Shown: one piece after another, positions 12,182-25,796 of the stretch
Position numbering within the stretch: position 1 is the stretch's first letter
Layout: the number at the start of each line of letters is the position of its first letter
Source: Podarcis muralis
Taxonomy: Eukaryota
Reading direction: 5' to 3'
Assembly: GCF_964188315.1 (NCBI RefSeq)
Contig: NC_135673.1
Span: forward strand, 12,586,001 to 12,650,000
DNA: 64,000 nt
The notes under the pieces: generated by a model
The model's input: the letters and a program-made list of their open reading frames with translations, nothing else
Database searches by the model: none
Told to the model about the DNA's origin: nothing
Program-made: the position numbers and the translations under genes

Positions 12182-12973
12182 TAGGGTTACCAGACGTTCC
12201 CGGGGATAGTCCCCGGATTTGCAAATCTGTCCCCGGACAAATTCCGTCCCCAGAATGTCCCCAGATTTGCATATCTGTCCCCGGGAAACGTGGCAGCGGC
12301 AGCCTCAGCAGCCTGGTAGCGCATTTGGTTCTGGCTGCTCACTGCTCACTGCCGTGGCGCCCGCCATTTTCCCTCTCCGGAAGTCCCCATATGATATGTC
12401 TTGTGCACAACACACCATATGGGGACTTCCAGAGAGGAAAAATGGCGGGCACCATGGCCACGAGCAGCTCCTGAAGCCAGCCGGAGCCAAATGAGCGACC
12501 AGGCTGGCTCCAGGCTCCAGGCTGCTGACTGCCTCTGCCGCCACCACTGCCAAAGGGGAACCGGGGACGTCTAGCGGTACAGATCTCCTGCCCACTTCCC
12601 CCTTTGTTTTGACTGATCGGGGAAGGCTCAGGAGTTTCACCCTGTGAAAACATAAATGCGCAGAGTTTTTTAAAAACTGGGCAATGGCGCGCCACATGCC
12701 CGTGATTCCCAAGCCTCCCCCGATCTCTTGCCCCCTTCCCCCTTTGTTTTGACTGATTGGGGGAGGCTTGGGAGTTGCAGCCGGTCAGCCGTTGCCCATT
12801 TTTTAAAAACTCTGTGCATTTATGTTTCACAGGGTGCAAAAGAAGGGTTTTGCACCTTTATACGATATGCATGTGTGCTTGGGCCCAGCATCCCCACTAC
12901 TGACTCCCTGTTGCTACTCAGCTTTAAAAAAAAAAGTGTCCCTGGATTCATTGAAAAAAAATTGGTAACCATA
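12182..12973. mobile_element. Non-autonomous hAT (Tip100-like) element with an internal palindrome
   Basis: TIR TAGGGTTACCA / TGGTAACCATA; 8-bp TSD TGCTAAGG / TGCTAGGG; subterminal GTCCCCGG repeats. Confidence 0.82.
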
Positions 12974-14374
12974 TGCTAGGGCACATTTTCTCGCTTGGCT
13001 TCAGTATTGGCTTTTGAGTATGTTGGGCTGGTAGGAGAGGCTAGCACCTTGAAAGACAACTGGCAGAAAAAGAAACATACCTGCATCCTCGGCTCTGAGG
13101 CTCAGCACCATATGCTTGGGTGAAAAATAATAATTTTGTGATGTATTCACAGAGTTCTGCACACATCAAACAGGTAGTTTAAAGTGTCTGTAGAAAACAG
13201 TTTTCTTTCTAGGCAAAGAAGAGCCAAGCTCATTAATCTGAATTGGTTCTGCAGTTATTGTGTTTGTAGCAGCATTAAGGCCTTTCAGTGGCACTTGCAA
13301 AAAGGCTGGAGATATAAGTGTGTTAGAGAGGGATTGTGTACTGCAAGGAGCAGGACACACACCCCTTCTCCCATTTGGGGCTGTAATCTACACAGCTGGC
13401 AATAGTAGTGGGTGGGACGAGAGCAGATGGTAGCCAGAACCTCCCATCCCATTCTCTCTTTCTTACCCCAAATCAGCTTTCCCATTGCCCAAAATAATTA
13501 CCCAGCCAGATTATCTGACCGGACATTCTTAAAGTAGGCTTTGACCACCAGGTGGCTTCCCCAAGGTTTTGTTGGACAACTGGCTGCCAGCCTGCCATAC
13601 TGTCTGAGGCTAATGGGAGTTGTAGTTCAGAGTGTCTGGAAGGCATCAAATTGGCAAGGCTCCTTTGAAAGTTTAAAGCAAGGATTCAGATACGCATCTG
13701 AATACCTTGCTGGAAAACAACAGGAATTTGTTGTGCCCATATTTGCCTTCAGGGCTCCCCATAGATATCTGGGTAGCCACTGTGGGAATGCAGGACGCTG
13801 GACTAAGGGGGACTTTGGTCTGGATACCATGCTTTGTCTCATGCGTTTTTATTGTTAAGCAACAAATCAGTTCACAGAAGGAATTACTGAAGGCTGTTTA
13901 CTTTCCACATGGCACATTTCACAACAGCCAGTAGTTTGATGTTAAATTGTTGCTGTAACATCCAGCTGTTGTTTGCAGCTCTCATTTCCCCTTGAATGAC
14001 GGTAGTGTGTGGGACCCCATAATAGATCGTAACTCTCGTATCCTGTTGAGCAGAAGTAATTTGTATGAGGACTGTATAGTGACACAACAAGCTTAGAAAA
14101 GTTTTAACTGTCATGCTTTCTTCCATCAAATTATGGGAATTCTAGTTTGTGAGAATACTGATACATCTCCATTAAAGATCCCCGTCACTGCAGAACTATA
14201 GCTCTCAGGATTCCTTGGGCTTGGGCGCATCCAGGAGGGGGCAGGGGGCAGCTGCCCCCACAGATCAAGTAAAACAATAAAAATACTTAATTAACTGAGC
14301 CCCCCCCCCCCATAAATTCTGGCTACACCTATGGCTTGGGAAGATGGAATGACTGTTAAACCTATTTAATTATG

Positions 14375-14377
<3 letters not shown>

Positions 14378-14421
<44 letters not shown>
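14378..14421. repeat. (TA)n microsatellite
   Basis: Uninterrupted AT dinucleotide run of about 44 bp. Confidence 0.95.
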
Positions 14422-14424
<3 letters not shown>

Positions 14425-14949
14425 CACTGCTTTTTTTCAAAGGTAGACTCACCTCTGTTTTATCCTGCAGAGGGTTAACAACAGCAGCTAGGAGGAAGAT
14501 GTGCACATTAGTGGCATTAAGCCAAATTTAACCTCTTAGAATCATAGAATTATAGAATCTTAGAGTCATAGAATCTTTTTGGTATAGGTCTTGTTATATT
14601 TTATAGGTATACAGGCTTCACATGTTCTTCCTGAAGGCAGCTGAGCAAGTTGAGGAAGTCTGTGCTCAAGTAACCCTAGGACAGCTCCCTCATCTTCTGC
14701 CTGGATGAATGCTAGGAAGTTGAATGGCAGGATATGGTGCAATACTATGAAACTGTGGGGTGACTCATACTATGTACATTTATTGAGATATTAGTCCCAC
14801 TGGGTGGTATCTGACTTAAGTCAGAAAAGACCAATTGAAATAAATGTCTGCTGACTTCTGTAGGTTTACTCTGAGCATGGCTTAGGCTTCCAGACGGTTG
14901 CTGTTTTCAGGTGGGATGCAATCAGATACTGGCAAATTTATGTATTTAT

Positions 14950-15162
14950 TTATTTGATTTATATCCCACTTTTCCTTCAAGGAGCTCAAAGTGGCATACA
15001 TGGTTTCCCTGCTCCTTGTTCCATTCTCGCAACAATGCTGTAAGGTGGGTTAAGCTAAGAGACAGTGAATGGCCCAATCACCCAGTGAGCTTCATGGCTG
15101 AGGGGGCTTTGAACCCTGGTCTACCAGGTCCTAATTCAACACTATAACCACTGCACCACACT
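14950..15162 (-). mobile_element. CORE/MIR-derived (Squam3-like) SINE (related copies at about 6600-6730 -, 17680-17870 -, 27480-27690 -, 29107-29295 +, 32677-32880 +, 44690-44922 +)
   Basis: AGTGTGGTG.AGTGGTT head, CATGAAGCTCACTGGGTGA core, CTCACAGGGTTGTTGTGAG segment. Confidence 0.75.
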
Positions 15163-16203
15163 AGCTTTAAATCCAAGTTGTGCAACTGAAATTGATTTGG
15201 TGCTTTTGTGCAACAAACCTGCTTCCCCAATCCCATCAGAATCTTTATAATAAGTGACAAGAAAATGCACTGGAAAGTGATGGATAATAATTGCTTGATG
15301 AAGTATCTCTGGAAACAATAAGAATAGAAGTTCTAGAAAAGATGGTGTGACTGTTGTCTACCCTCCCCACAAATTTTGTGCAAATAAAAAAAAGAGCAAA
15401 GCGACCTTAATTGGATACCACCCATAGTGTGCAAACCTAAGTGTATTTAAGATTCAAAAGCTCAACCTAAACAATATCCCTTCAGTGGATGGTTATATCT
15501 GTTTTTCCCATGGGGACTCTCAGTTGGACATTCTATGCCAGGGATGCCCAAACTTTTTTCAAAGAGGGCCAGATTTGATGAAGTGAACATGCGTGAAGGC
15601 CGACTTTTTTTCGATTTTACCCCAAAGTTGTTGAGCTTTTTTAACAATTGTTGAGCTTTTTTTAGGATTTGACCCTAATGAATAAACTGCCACAGGGGCC
15701 GGATAAAAACAGACTTTGGACGTGCCTGTGAATGCTTCATGTAAAAAATCATGTGTGACTACTGCACGTGTGTGTGTGTGTGGAGGATCTTCTTTGTCTT
15801 ATCTACCTCTATGCAGTGACATAAAGAAGAAAGATTATATAAGATTACATAAAGAAGAAAGAGTTTATTTGTTGCCAGCAAATATGGACCCTGGCAAGCT
15901 AGTACTTGATATAATGGTTTGAAAAGAGTTTTTCCTTTGCATTAATTATTGTCAGAAGCAGGGGCACGCCTACAACTGGAGTTGCTACACCTGTGACTAA
16001 GGGGGAAATTGCAAGTTGATTTTTTCCCTAGTCACGAAAGCTTATGCAATTTTGAATATTTCCCAACACCTTATACCTTCAAGCTATTGCACTGTTTTTA
16101 TGAGGCTGCCATTCTCATGAACAGTTATGCCACTTTCAGACAATCTGTTAATTGAGCACTCGCATTGATTTGGAAGTTTGCAGGAAGGTTAGACAACCCA
16201 GGC

Positions 16204-16339
16204 CAGGCATAGGCAAACTTGGCCCTCCAGATATTTTGGGACTACAATTCCCACCATCCCTGACCACTGGTCCTGTTAACTAGGGATGATGGGAGTTATA
16301 TTCCCAAAACATCTGGAGGGCCAAGTTTGCCTATGCCTG
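16204..16339. mobile_element. Short hAT-type foldback MITE (relatives at about 4407-4520, 26229-26345, 40260-40395)
   Basis: TIR CAGGCATAGGCAAACTTGGCCCTCCAGAT and its reverse complement; degenerate 8-bp TSD ACCCAGGC / ACATAGGC. Confidence 0.8.
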
Positions 16340-18029
16340 ACATAGGCTATTTATTGAACATGCATTTTGATTTATTTGCAGGGACATTAAGGAACACTGA
16401 GTCAAGCAAGTGTAAGCCCACACTTTCCATTTAATTTTCCTGTCACTTTTCTTATTGCAATAAGTCCATTTTGGGTGGGATGGGGAACAGGTTTGTTTGC
16501 AGTATTCTGGTGAAAAAATAGAACGTAAGAAGAGCTTGCTAGATCAGGCAAGTGGCTAATTTAGTCCAGCACCCTCTTCTCACAGTGGCCAACCACATGC
16601 CTCAATGGGAAACCTGCAAGCAGGACCTGAGCACAGGAGCACGCTCCCCTTCTGCAGTTTCCAGCAATTGGAATTAAGAACTAGAGGCAGAGAATGCCTA
16701 TCATGGCTAGTAGCCATGGATATGCTTTTCCTCCATGAAATTGTCTAATAAGCCATCTAAGTTGGTGGCCATCACTGCCGCATGTGGGAGTGAGTTCCAT
16801 AATAGTCAATTTCTTTTATTTCCTGAATCTTCCAACATTCAGCTTCATCGGATGCCCACAAATTATGGCATTACAAGAAACAGAGAAAAGCACTCTCTAT
16901 TCACTTTCTACATGCCATGCATAATGTTATAAACTGTCAGTTTGCATTTCATAGTGCAGAAAGTATAGATCTGATGTATAGAGATCTTTCCTATTCTCCT
17001 TAATACACGAGGATTCTGGAAGCTACTCTGTGTGACAGAAGCAAGCAGAGGGGTTAATGGTTGGGTTATACCTTCTGGGAAGCTGGTTTGAACTAGTTCT
17101 CTTATCTCTTCCAATTAAGGGCATGCTGACTATAGAATGCTTAGTGTTAAGGTTTAGTCTTAAGTTTTTAAGTTTTTGTAAGTGCTGCAACTGGATTTTT
17201 ATGGACTGTGCCAATCCTGAATGTACAGTACTGTATTTGGACTTGTGACCATTATGCTCATTTGCCTTCAGCAGAAGTAAAGCTCTACTGGATAAAATAT
17301 TGCCTCTGGTCTATTTTTGGAAACTCTGCTACTACGAGTTTAAGTTTTTCCTTCACACGTACAACATACAATGTGTCACCTCTTCCTGGCCTTTTCCCTA
17401 ATCAGAAAGTCCCAAATACTGCAACTGTTGCTGGAGGCCTCCCAATCACTGTTGATTGTGGAACCTGAATTTACAGTCACACGGCTGGATCCCACCAAAA
17501 AACAGCAGCAGTCTGTTGGTTACAAGGGGATGGTGCTAGTAGGGCAAATCTGCTGTTTCACTAGTACCATTAACTACTCATGAATCGGGCTGAAGAAAGA
17601 GTCTGTATTTAGGCTCCCCATTTTCTCCTACATTGAATGAACTGTGTTACAACACCATATAACACAGTTTGTCTGCTTAATTATATACTCCCTATTTTGT
17701 CTGGGAAACTCAAGGGTTGAAAACGAGGTTCCAACGTTATACCCTCACAATAACCCTGTGAGGTAGGCTAGGCTGAAGCAGAATGACAGGTCTATCCACA
17801 GGCCAGTGAGCTGCATGGCCTACAGAATATAGCAGCCAGCATCTGCCCCAGTCCTAGTCTGACACTTTAACCGGTGCAAAGCAGCCTTCAATACTGCCTA
17901 CGGAGACATTGTGGCAGCCATAGGCACAGCAACCCACGCCTTTTTCTGCCCCCGCCTATAACAGGCTGCTAGGCCTCGTAACCATAGAAACTTCCAGAAA
18001 GAGCCAACCCTTCCTGCCTAGAGATCAAC

Positions 18030-18340
18030 ATGACGCCCAATTCCAGCCAATGAGCTCGCTCCGCTTGGCTCATGCAGCAGCCCTTGATTGGACTGCAACA
18101 CCGGTAGGGCGGCCCAATGAGGCTCGAGGACGGCCGAGAGGAAAGAGAAGGGGTGGGGAAGGAGAGCGACACAACCAAGCCTGACGGAGCGGTGCGCGAC
18201 GGGGCCCTGACGTCACAAACGGAGCGGACCTATCGGCTCCGGCCAGCTTGGTGGCAAGCGACCAATCGGGAGGCTCCAGCGAGAGAAAATGGGCCAATAG
18301 TGCGACTCCACGCAAGGCCACGGGAGCGTATATAAGATCC
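18030..18340 (+). promoter_or_regulatory. HSPA5: HSPA5 ER-stress promoter: three ERSEs, CRE, extra CCAAT boxes, TATA box
   Basis: Perfect ERSE CCAAT-N9-CCACG at 18294-18312; CCAAT-N9-CCAGC at 18262-18280; CCTAT-N9-CCAGC at 18229-18247; TGACGTCA at 18208-18215; TATATAAG at 18329-18336; further CCAAT at 18037, 18047 and 18114. Confidence 0.93.
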
Positions 18341-18357
18341 GCGGGGGATATCTGGGC

Positions 18358-18444
18358 CAGACCGTGATCTTTGAGTGAGAAAATCACAATTCAGATCGCT
18401 GCGTTCGTCGGATAGAGCGTGAGGCGACCGCGAGGTCCTGTTAG
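18358..18444 (+). other. HSPA5: HSPA5 non-coding exon 1 (TSS approximate)
   Basis: Begins about 25-30 nt after the TATA box, contains no ATG, ends at donor TAG|GTAAGG (18445). The ATG is 1.2 kb downstream. Confidence 0.7.
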
Positions 18445-19616
18445 GTAAGGCTCGGGGTGGCCTAGTGCTTGAGCGGAGGAGGGGGCCGGGGCCTAACGAG
18501 AAGGGGAGGGCGGCGTCTCCAAATCTATCGGGCCTTGTGGGGTCCCCCTTGCCCTCAAAATGCCCCTTCGTTCTCATTTATCCAGGTTCCCATTGAGAAA
18601 AATCCTATTGCGGCTCACGGTCCAAAGCGCGCCATTTTTATTCCCATTTCCTGCTAGTTCCATATTCCCCTTGGTGGTGGTGGGGTGGCGATTGCAACGA
18701 TTACAGTATTTGGCATGCATGCATGAATAAAAGGGGTTTATATCGCGGGATAGGAACAGAGGTTTGTGCGGGGTATTCTTTTTCGTTCCCCATGCTCCTT
18801 ATCGGGGAGAGGGGATTTATGCAAAAAGCAGAACTTGCTAGGCGTCTCTGTGTGGTGTTTGTTTTGTATATTGATAACCTTTACCGGTTTGGGGTAAATA
18901 GTAATGGCTGGGTTTCTGGTGGTGAGTACAGCGACTACTCCCTTCTCCCACTTTTTACGATGGTTTTCTTATGAGAATGGGTGAAGGCAAAACAGCTGCG
19001 GTTGTAGTGAACAATGTTAATTAATTGATTTGAGGCTGCTACTCGTTTTACAGTGGCTCCGTATACCAAAAAATGGGAGGGGGGAGCAGGCTATCTCTGG
19101 CACTGGATTACCAATTTACTCTTTGCCTTTAATGTTGGGATTGTCTGAACTAAAGTTAAGAGGTTGGTAGCCCTTTTTTGATGTGTTACGTTTTGCAGCT
19201 CTTACACACTGCCTTTCCACATGATTTTTATCAATGAATGTCTGTAGAATTTAGCACAGTGTGTGGGTTCACATTCATGTTTAAGTATCACGTCAGCTAC
19301 ATATTTTCTTAACCCCTTGCCTGCCTTTTCCTTGAACAGAAAAGTTTCCTTTGTATAGGATTTAGGGTGTTTTCTTTGAGCTGCCTGCATGTTTGCAGGC
19401 TGTGGGTCTTGGTAGCCTCTAGTCCTGATTGGCCCTCCCAGCCTTTGCTAATGATATGTGGGACCAGTAATACTTACTCTGTAAATCTGCCCCCATTTCT
19501 GTTAAATGGGCATCATGGTATTGTCTTTTTGCTCATAGTATTGCCACTGATGATTGATTTTACTTATTACAGGGTTTTTTTCCTCCCTGATTGTGAATAC
19601 TTGGTACAAGGGCAAA

Positions 19617-19735
19617 ATGAAGTATGCGTTTGTCTGCCTGTTGCTCATTGGCAGTGTATTTGCTGCTGATGACGACGACAAAAAGGAAGATGTGGGGACT
19701 GTGGTTGGCATTGATCTGGGAACCACATATTCCTG
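19617..19735 (+). CDS. HSPA5: HSPA5 (BiP/GRP78) coding exon 1, signal peptide
   Basis: [39 protein letters not shown], with the Hsp70 GIDLGTTYS motif; 119 nt; donor GTAAGT. Confidence 0.95.
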
Positions 19736-19855
19736 GTAAGTAAAAGAAGGGTGCCTATTTGATTGAGTGGCTTCTGGGTGTCTTGAATAGCTTATGGTCA
19801 CTGCACCAAAATATGGCCAAGATTTTTCTTGGTTGTGTTAATGCATTTTAATGTA

Positions 19856-20125
19856 CAGTGGTGCCCCGCAAGACGGAAAACCCGCTAGACGAAAGGGTTT
19901 TCCGTTTTTGAGTTGCTTCGCAAGACGATTTTCCCTATGGGCTTGCTTCGCAAGACAAAAACGTCTTGCGAGTCTTGCGATTTTTCCCCCGCTCCCCCCC
20001 CTTTTCTAAGCCGCTAATAGCCTTTTAGCAGCTAAACCGCTAATAGGGTTGCTTCGCAAGACGAGAAAACCGCTAGACGAAGAGACTCGCGGAACGGATT
20101 CTTTTTGTCTTGCGAGGCACCACTG
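19856..20125. mobile_element. Tigger/pogo-like MITE in an HSPA5 intron
   Basis: TA TSD; TIR CAGTGGTGCC(C/T)CGCAAGAC. Confidence 0.88.
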
Positions 20126-20193
20126 TACTGTATCTTAGGTGTATTATATTTTGTGAACCACCCAGAAGACTTTAACTAATACATATATTTTAA

Positions 20194-20496
<303 letters not shown>

Positions 20497-20801
20497 TGAA
20501 CACCTTTTGGTGTGAAATTTGAACCCAGCGTGTCCCCAATCATAGCACTGTCTTAGAGACACTAGGTTACTAAGCAATGTATGAAGTGATTTTCCAGTCC
20601 ACACAACTTATGGCACTGCTTTCACTCTGCTTAAGATACCAGCATCCAAGCATGGGTCATTCTGCATCTGGCAACCCGATGGGCAGGTTGTTTGGTCCTG
20701 CCGCTTCTTCAATGGAACCTCTTTAAGTCCACCACAATATTAATATTGTAGATGGTGTGCTTTTGGTTTGTAACCATGTCCACTTGTACTTGTCTTTACA
20801 G

Positions 20802-20939
20802 GTCATTGAAAAGAAGTCCAAGCCCCATATTCAGGTTGATATTGGAGGTGGCCAAATGAAGACCTTTGCCCCAGAAGAAATTTCAGCAATGGTTCTGACT
20901 AAAATGAAGGAGACTGCTGAGGCCTACTTGGGAAAGAAG
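20802..20939 (+). CDS. HSPA5: HSPA5 coding exon 3
   Basis: [46 protein letters not shown]; 138 nt. Confidence 0.97.
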
Positions 20940-21424
20940 GTAAGATGAAGTTTCTGCTGGAGCACACAAGCAAAAAGAATAGGCACTGAGGGGAGCCTTC
21001 GTGAATCTACCGTGTATGGAGATTGGCCAGTGGTTGGTCTAATCTTTTACTGCTTACTCTAGTTAGCAGCAGGTCTCGATGCCTTTCTGGTCTAGAGATC
21101 ATTCTAAACTGGCTTGAACATGTAATATTCTACTTACAATGTAAGTGCTCTGCCACTGAGCTTTGATGCCTCCTAAGAGGCCTGGCTGCTTGTACACGAG
21201 GAGTCCCTGCTTTTTTGGTTCCCCAGGACATAAAATGGATGGGGGTGGTAGAATTGTTCTCCAAGCTGAGAAGGCCAATCTGTAGCCTTCTGGATGTGTT
21301 TTAATTCCAATTTCCAATATCCCTGACAGTTGACAATGCCGGATGGGGCTGATGAGACCCCTGCAGCATCTAGAGGGCAACAGGCAATCCACTCCTCTAA
21401 ATAGTCTTGAAAGGTGCATTCTAG

Positions 21425-21625
<201 letters not shown>

Positions 21626-21697
21626 TAAGTAGGGTTTTAATAGTCTTCTGCCAGTATTTGGAGTTTGTGTGGGCTTTTCTCACATTTATCAAACTAA

Positions 21698-22141
<444 letters not shown>

Positions 22142-22610
22142 TAATAAAATGGCTCTACTATTTGGAGCAATTGCTGTACACAAAACATAAAATTGGGAGA
22201 GAAGTAAGATTATAGTAATGTAATAACATGTAGTACATGCCCGTCTTGGGAAAAATAAGGTGGTGCCCTCCTATGTGAAACTCCCAAGTTAAAAGGGAAA
22301 AATAAGGTGGTGCCACTCCCAAGACACTATGCTGGTCAAACTGCACCAACAGCAGAGAATAAATTGGTTCCCTAATGGCTTGAGTCAAAATTGCTTGCCC
22401 TCTAAAAAATAGCAATGACTGATCTTTGTAGATTCTCCTGTTAAAGAAAAATGAGATATTAAGAGTAGGCCCATCTGATCTCAAATAGCATCATACATGG
22501 GCATTTTGGGGGCGGGATGTATCTGATAATTTGGTGACTGTATCATCTTGTGGCCTTGTTCTGTGATTGCCTTTCCACATCAATTAAGTGATTTTAAATT
22601 CTGCTTGTAG

Positions 22611-22859
<249 letters not shown>

Positions 22860-23045
22860 TGACTTAAATGCTGCATGAGGTATTGGGCAGAGTAGCCTGT
22901 ACAAGTGAAAAGCTTCTAGTCAGCCTCATAACTGTTTGGAATGGAAGATCTTTGTCTTTGCTGGCTGTCAAGTTTGTCACTACAGCTAGATAAATTATGG
23001 TGACGCTTCATTGCTCATTGCTTAAAACCTCCTTTTCATTCTTAG

Positions 23046-23213
23046 GGGATCTGGTGCTGCTTGACGTGTGTCCTCTGACCTTGGGCATTGAGACTGTTGG
23101 TGGAGTAATGACCAAACTTATCCCAAGGAACACTGTTGTTCCCACCAAGAAATCACAGATCTTCTCCACAGCTTCAGATAACCAGCCAACTGTGACAATT
23201 AAGGTTTATGAAG
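23046..23213 (+). CDS. HSPA5: HSPA5 coding exon 7
   Basis: [55 protein letters not shown]; 168 nt. Confidence 0.97.
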
Positions 23214-23490
23214 GTAAGTGGCCGACCAACATCATTTGGTTTGGAAACTTTTATTAGAGTTTTTTGTCTTCTGGGCAGTAAAGAGTAAAAGGTGACTCCA
23301 ACACAGCTTAATTTTGCAATGTATGTTTCCACATTTGTGAGGTTCCTTAACATGCTTTGAGTATCACTAGCTGTTGATTATTAATAGAAACACAAGTGAG
23401 ATGCCTTTAAAAAATGATAATCTTGTACTTGCGTGATTACCAGAGTATAATCTGAGTGATTTCATGTGAAATGAAATTTCCCCCCTGTAG

Positions 23491-24056
23491 GAGAACGTCC
23501 TCTTACAAAGGATAATCATCTCTTGGGAACTTTCGATCTGACTGGAATCCCTCCTGCTCCCCGTGGCGTCCCTCAGATTGAAGTTACCTTTGAAATAGAT
23601 GTGAACGGAATCCTTCGTGTTACGGCTGAGGACAAGGGCACAGGCAACAAAAATAAGATCACCATCACCAATGACCAGAATCGTCTTACTCCAGAAGAAA
23701 TTGAGAGGATGGTCAATGATGCAGAGAAGTTTGCTGAGGAAGACAAAAAGCTGAAAGAGCGGATTGATGCTAGGAATGAGCTGGAAAGTTATGCCTACTC
23801 ACTGAAAAACCAGATTGGAGATAAGGAGAAGCTCGGTGGCAAGTTGTCATCTGAAGACAAAGAAACAATAGAGAAGGCTGTAGAGGAAAAGATTGAGTGG
23901 CTAGAGAGTCACCAAGATAGTGACATCGAGGAATTCAAAGCCCAAAAGAAGGAACTGGAAGAGGTGGTGCAACCAATTGTGGGCAAGTTGTATGGTAGCG
24001 CAGGCCCACCCCCTACCGAGGAAGAAGCAGCAGGAGGAGATAAGGATGAATTGTAG
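23491..24056 (+). CDS. HSPA5: HSPA5 final coding exon, C-terminal KDEL
   Basis: [16 protein letters not shown]...GGDKDEL, TAG at 24054-24056. The eight exons sum to 1965 nt = 654 aa + stop. Confidence 0.98.
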
Positions 24057-24343
24057 ACATCAGTTTCCTAGATGTTGGTGCTGTAAATATTGGACTTTGA
24101 ACTTTTGTTTAAACTATTTGAACTCTAGATTTGGAATGTGATCTGAATCTTCACATTGGGTGGAGTTGGAAATGCTAGCCCAAAAGTGGCTGTATACTGC
24201 TTTTCATTAGCAGTTGATAAATGTCCAGCAGGGGGGTGGGCAACCTGACACGGGGAGCGGGTGAAGTATTGAAACCATTCTATTTAACAAGTTGGGTTGT
24301 GTGTGTTATGTGGAGAACTTTTCTACCCTCCACAAGTGACAAC

Positions 24344-24349
24344 AATAAA
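24344..24349 (+). terminator. HSPA5: HSPA5 polyadenylation signal
   Basis: First AATAAA after the stop (about 290 nt downstream), followed by a GT/T-rich tract. Confidence 0.75.
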
Positions 24350-25548
24350 TTTGTTACTTACACTGGATCTGAGTCTATTTGATCTTTGTAACACAAAGGC
24401 TTATAGGAACTAAGAACACACCAGGACCAGAGCTATGGTTTTGTCTGCATGTTTCTTGGTCTGACCCCCTCAGAAACCACCTTCCTCGGAGCAGAATACA
24501 ATTGGGCGAAGAATTATTCCCATGCATGTATGCTAGGTGGTAGCAGGCCACTGGGTGATGACTTGGCATATGTAGACAAGCCACAGAAATATTAGAATCA
24601 GAATTGTACAGTTGCAAGATGCCCTCAGGGTCATCTAGTGGTCCTTAATGTTTGCATGTTTTGTTTCTAGATGAAAAATGATGTGTAAATGAGCTCAGAG
24701 TAAGTATGCATTATTGTGCCAGGTCAGAATACCTCAAGCTGGATCTCTGAATGATTTAAGGAATTTCAGGCCCAGAAATATACAAGAGAGAAGCTAAGGG
24801 CTGGACCAAGCACACAAGGGAGATGATTTTGGATAACTTAATCCCTAGCTTTATCAGCTGCTCAACTCTGCAGTTTGTTTGTTTGCTTGATCACACAAGA
24901 ATCAGCCCATCTACTATTTTAGTTAACCATAACTAACTCTGAGAGCCATGATGTGTTGCTTATTTAATATTCAAGCTGTCTGGCTCTTTCGTCAACATAA
25001 GCTAATGCAATGAAACCACTTGGCCAATAACCTGTGTTAATTACAATCTGCTGCCCATTGTTGGCAAAAGCTGTGTGCCCTTAGGAGTTAATGGTACTTT
25101 CCTATCTGTACTGAACTGTTTCAGTGCAGTAAATCTGTTATATGGGAAATTGTCCAATCCTGAACCCTCCAGCACTAATTCTTATTAGGTTCTTCTAACA
25201 CATCCTGATTCATCCCATTGTTGGCAAGAGAGCACCATTTGGGATTCAGTGCCTGTAGAAACTACACATTTCATTTTCTGAGGGTCTTATTTCACTTCCA
25301 TGGTAGTAATATGAAGCAGTCAACCACCCAAATTTGCAAATTTGATTAAAGGAGGGCAACTCACTTGTATTTTATTAAACACTCCCCTTCCTTTCCCAGC
25401 CATTCCAGCCACTGGACATGCTGAAACTTTCAAGAGGCAGAAATATGCGCACACACTTAATTTGTAGTCCTCCGGCACAAAATGTGGATTGTCTTGCATT
25501 ACAAGGAGGGAGGCAGATTTAGATTATTAAACATTTATTTAAAACATT

Positions 25549-25796
25549 TTACTTAAGAAGAGTTACAGCACTGTCTTTGTAGATTTCCCCTTTAATATCC
25601 ATTCCACCAAACACTAAGCACAAGTGTTCATCTGGGCAGCCTTGAGATAGATTGTCTCCATTAGAGCCTCCAGCTGCTTCCTTCCTGTTGCTGTCCTCAC
25701 TGGAAGACACTTTCCATGGAACAACACACATAGACTGGTCCAGACGAGCAGAAGGCACAGGAGTTTTAAACTCCAACTTTGTCCAATGTCCCTTTT
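25549..25796 (-). CDS. RABEPK: RABEPK (Rab9 effector p40, kelch repeats) final coding exon 7
   Basis: KGHWTKLEFKTPVPSARLDQSMCVVPW...LCLVFGGMDIKGEIYKDSAVTLLK, TAA; 248 nt. The seven exons sum to 1098 nt = 365 aa + stop. Confidence 0.93.
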
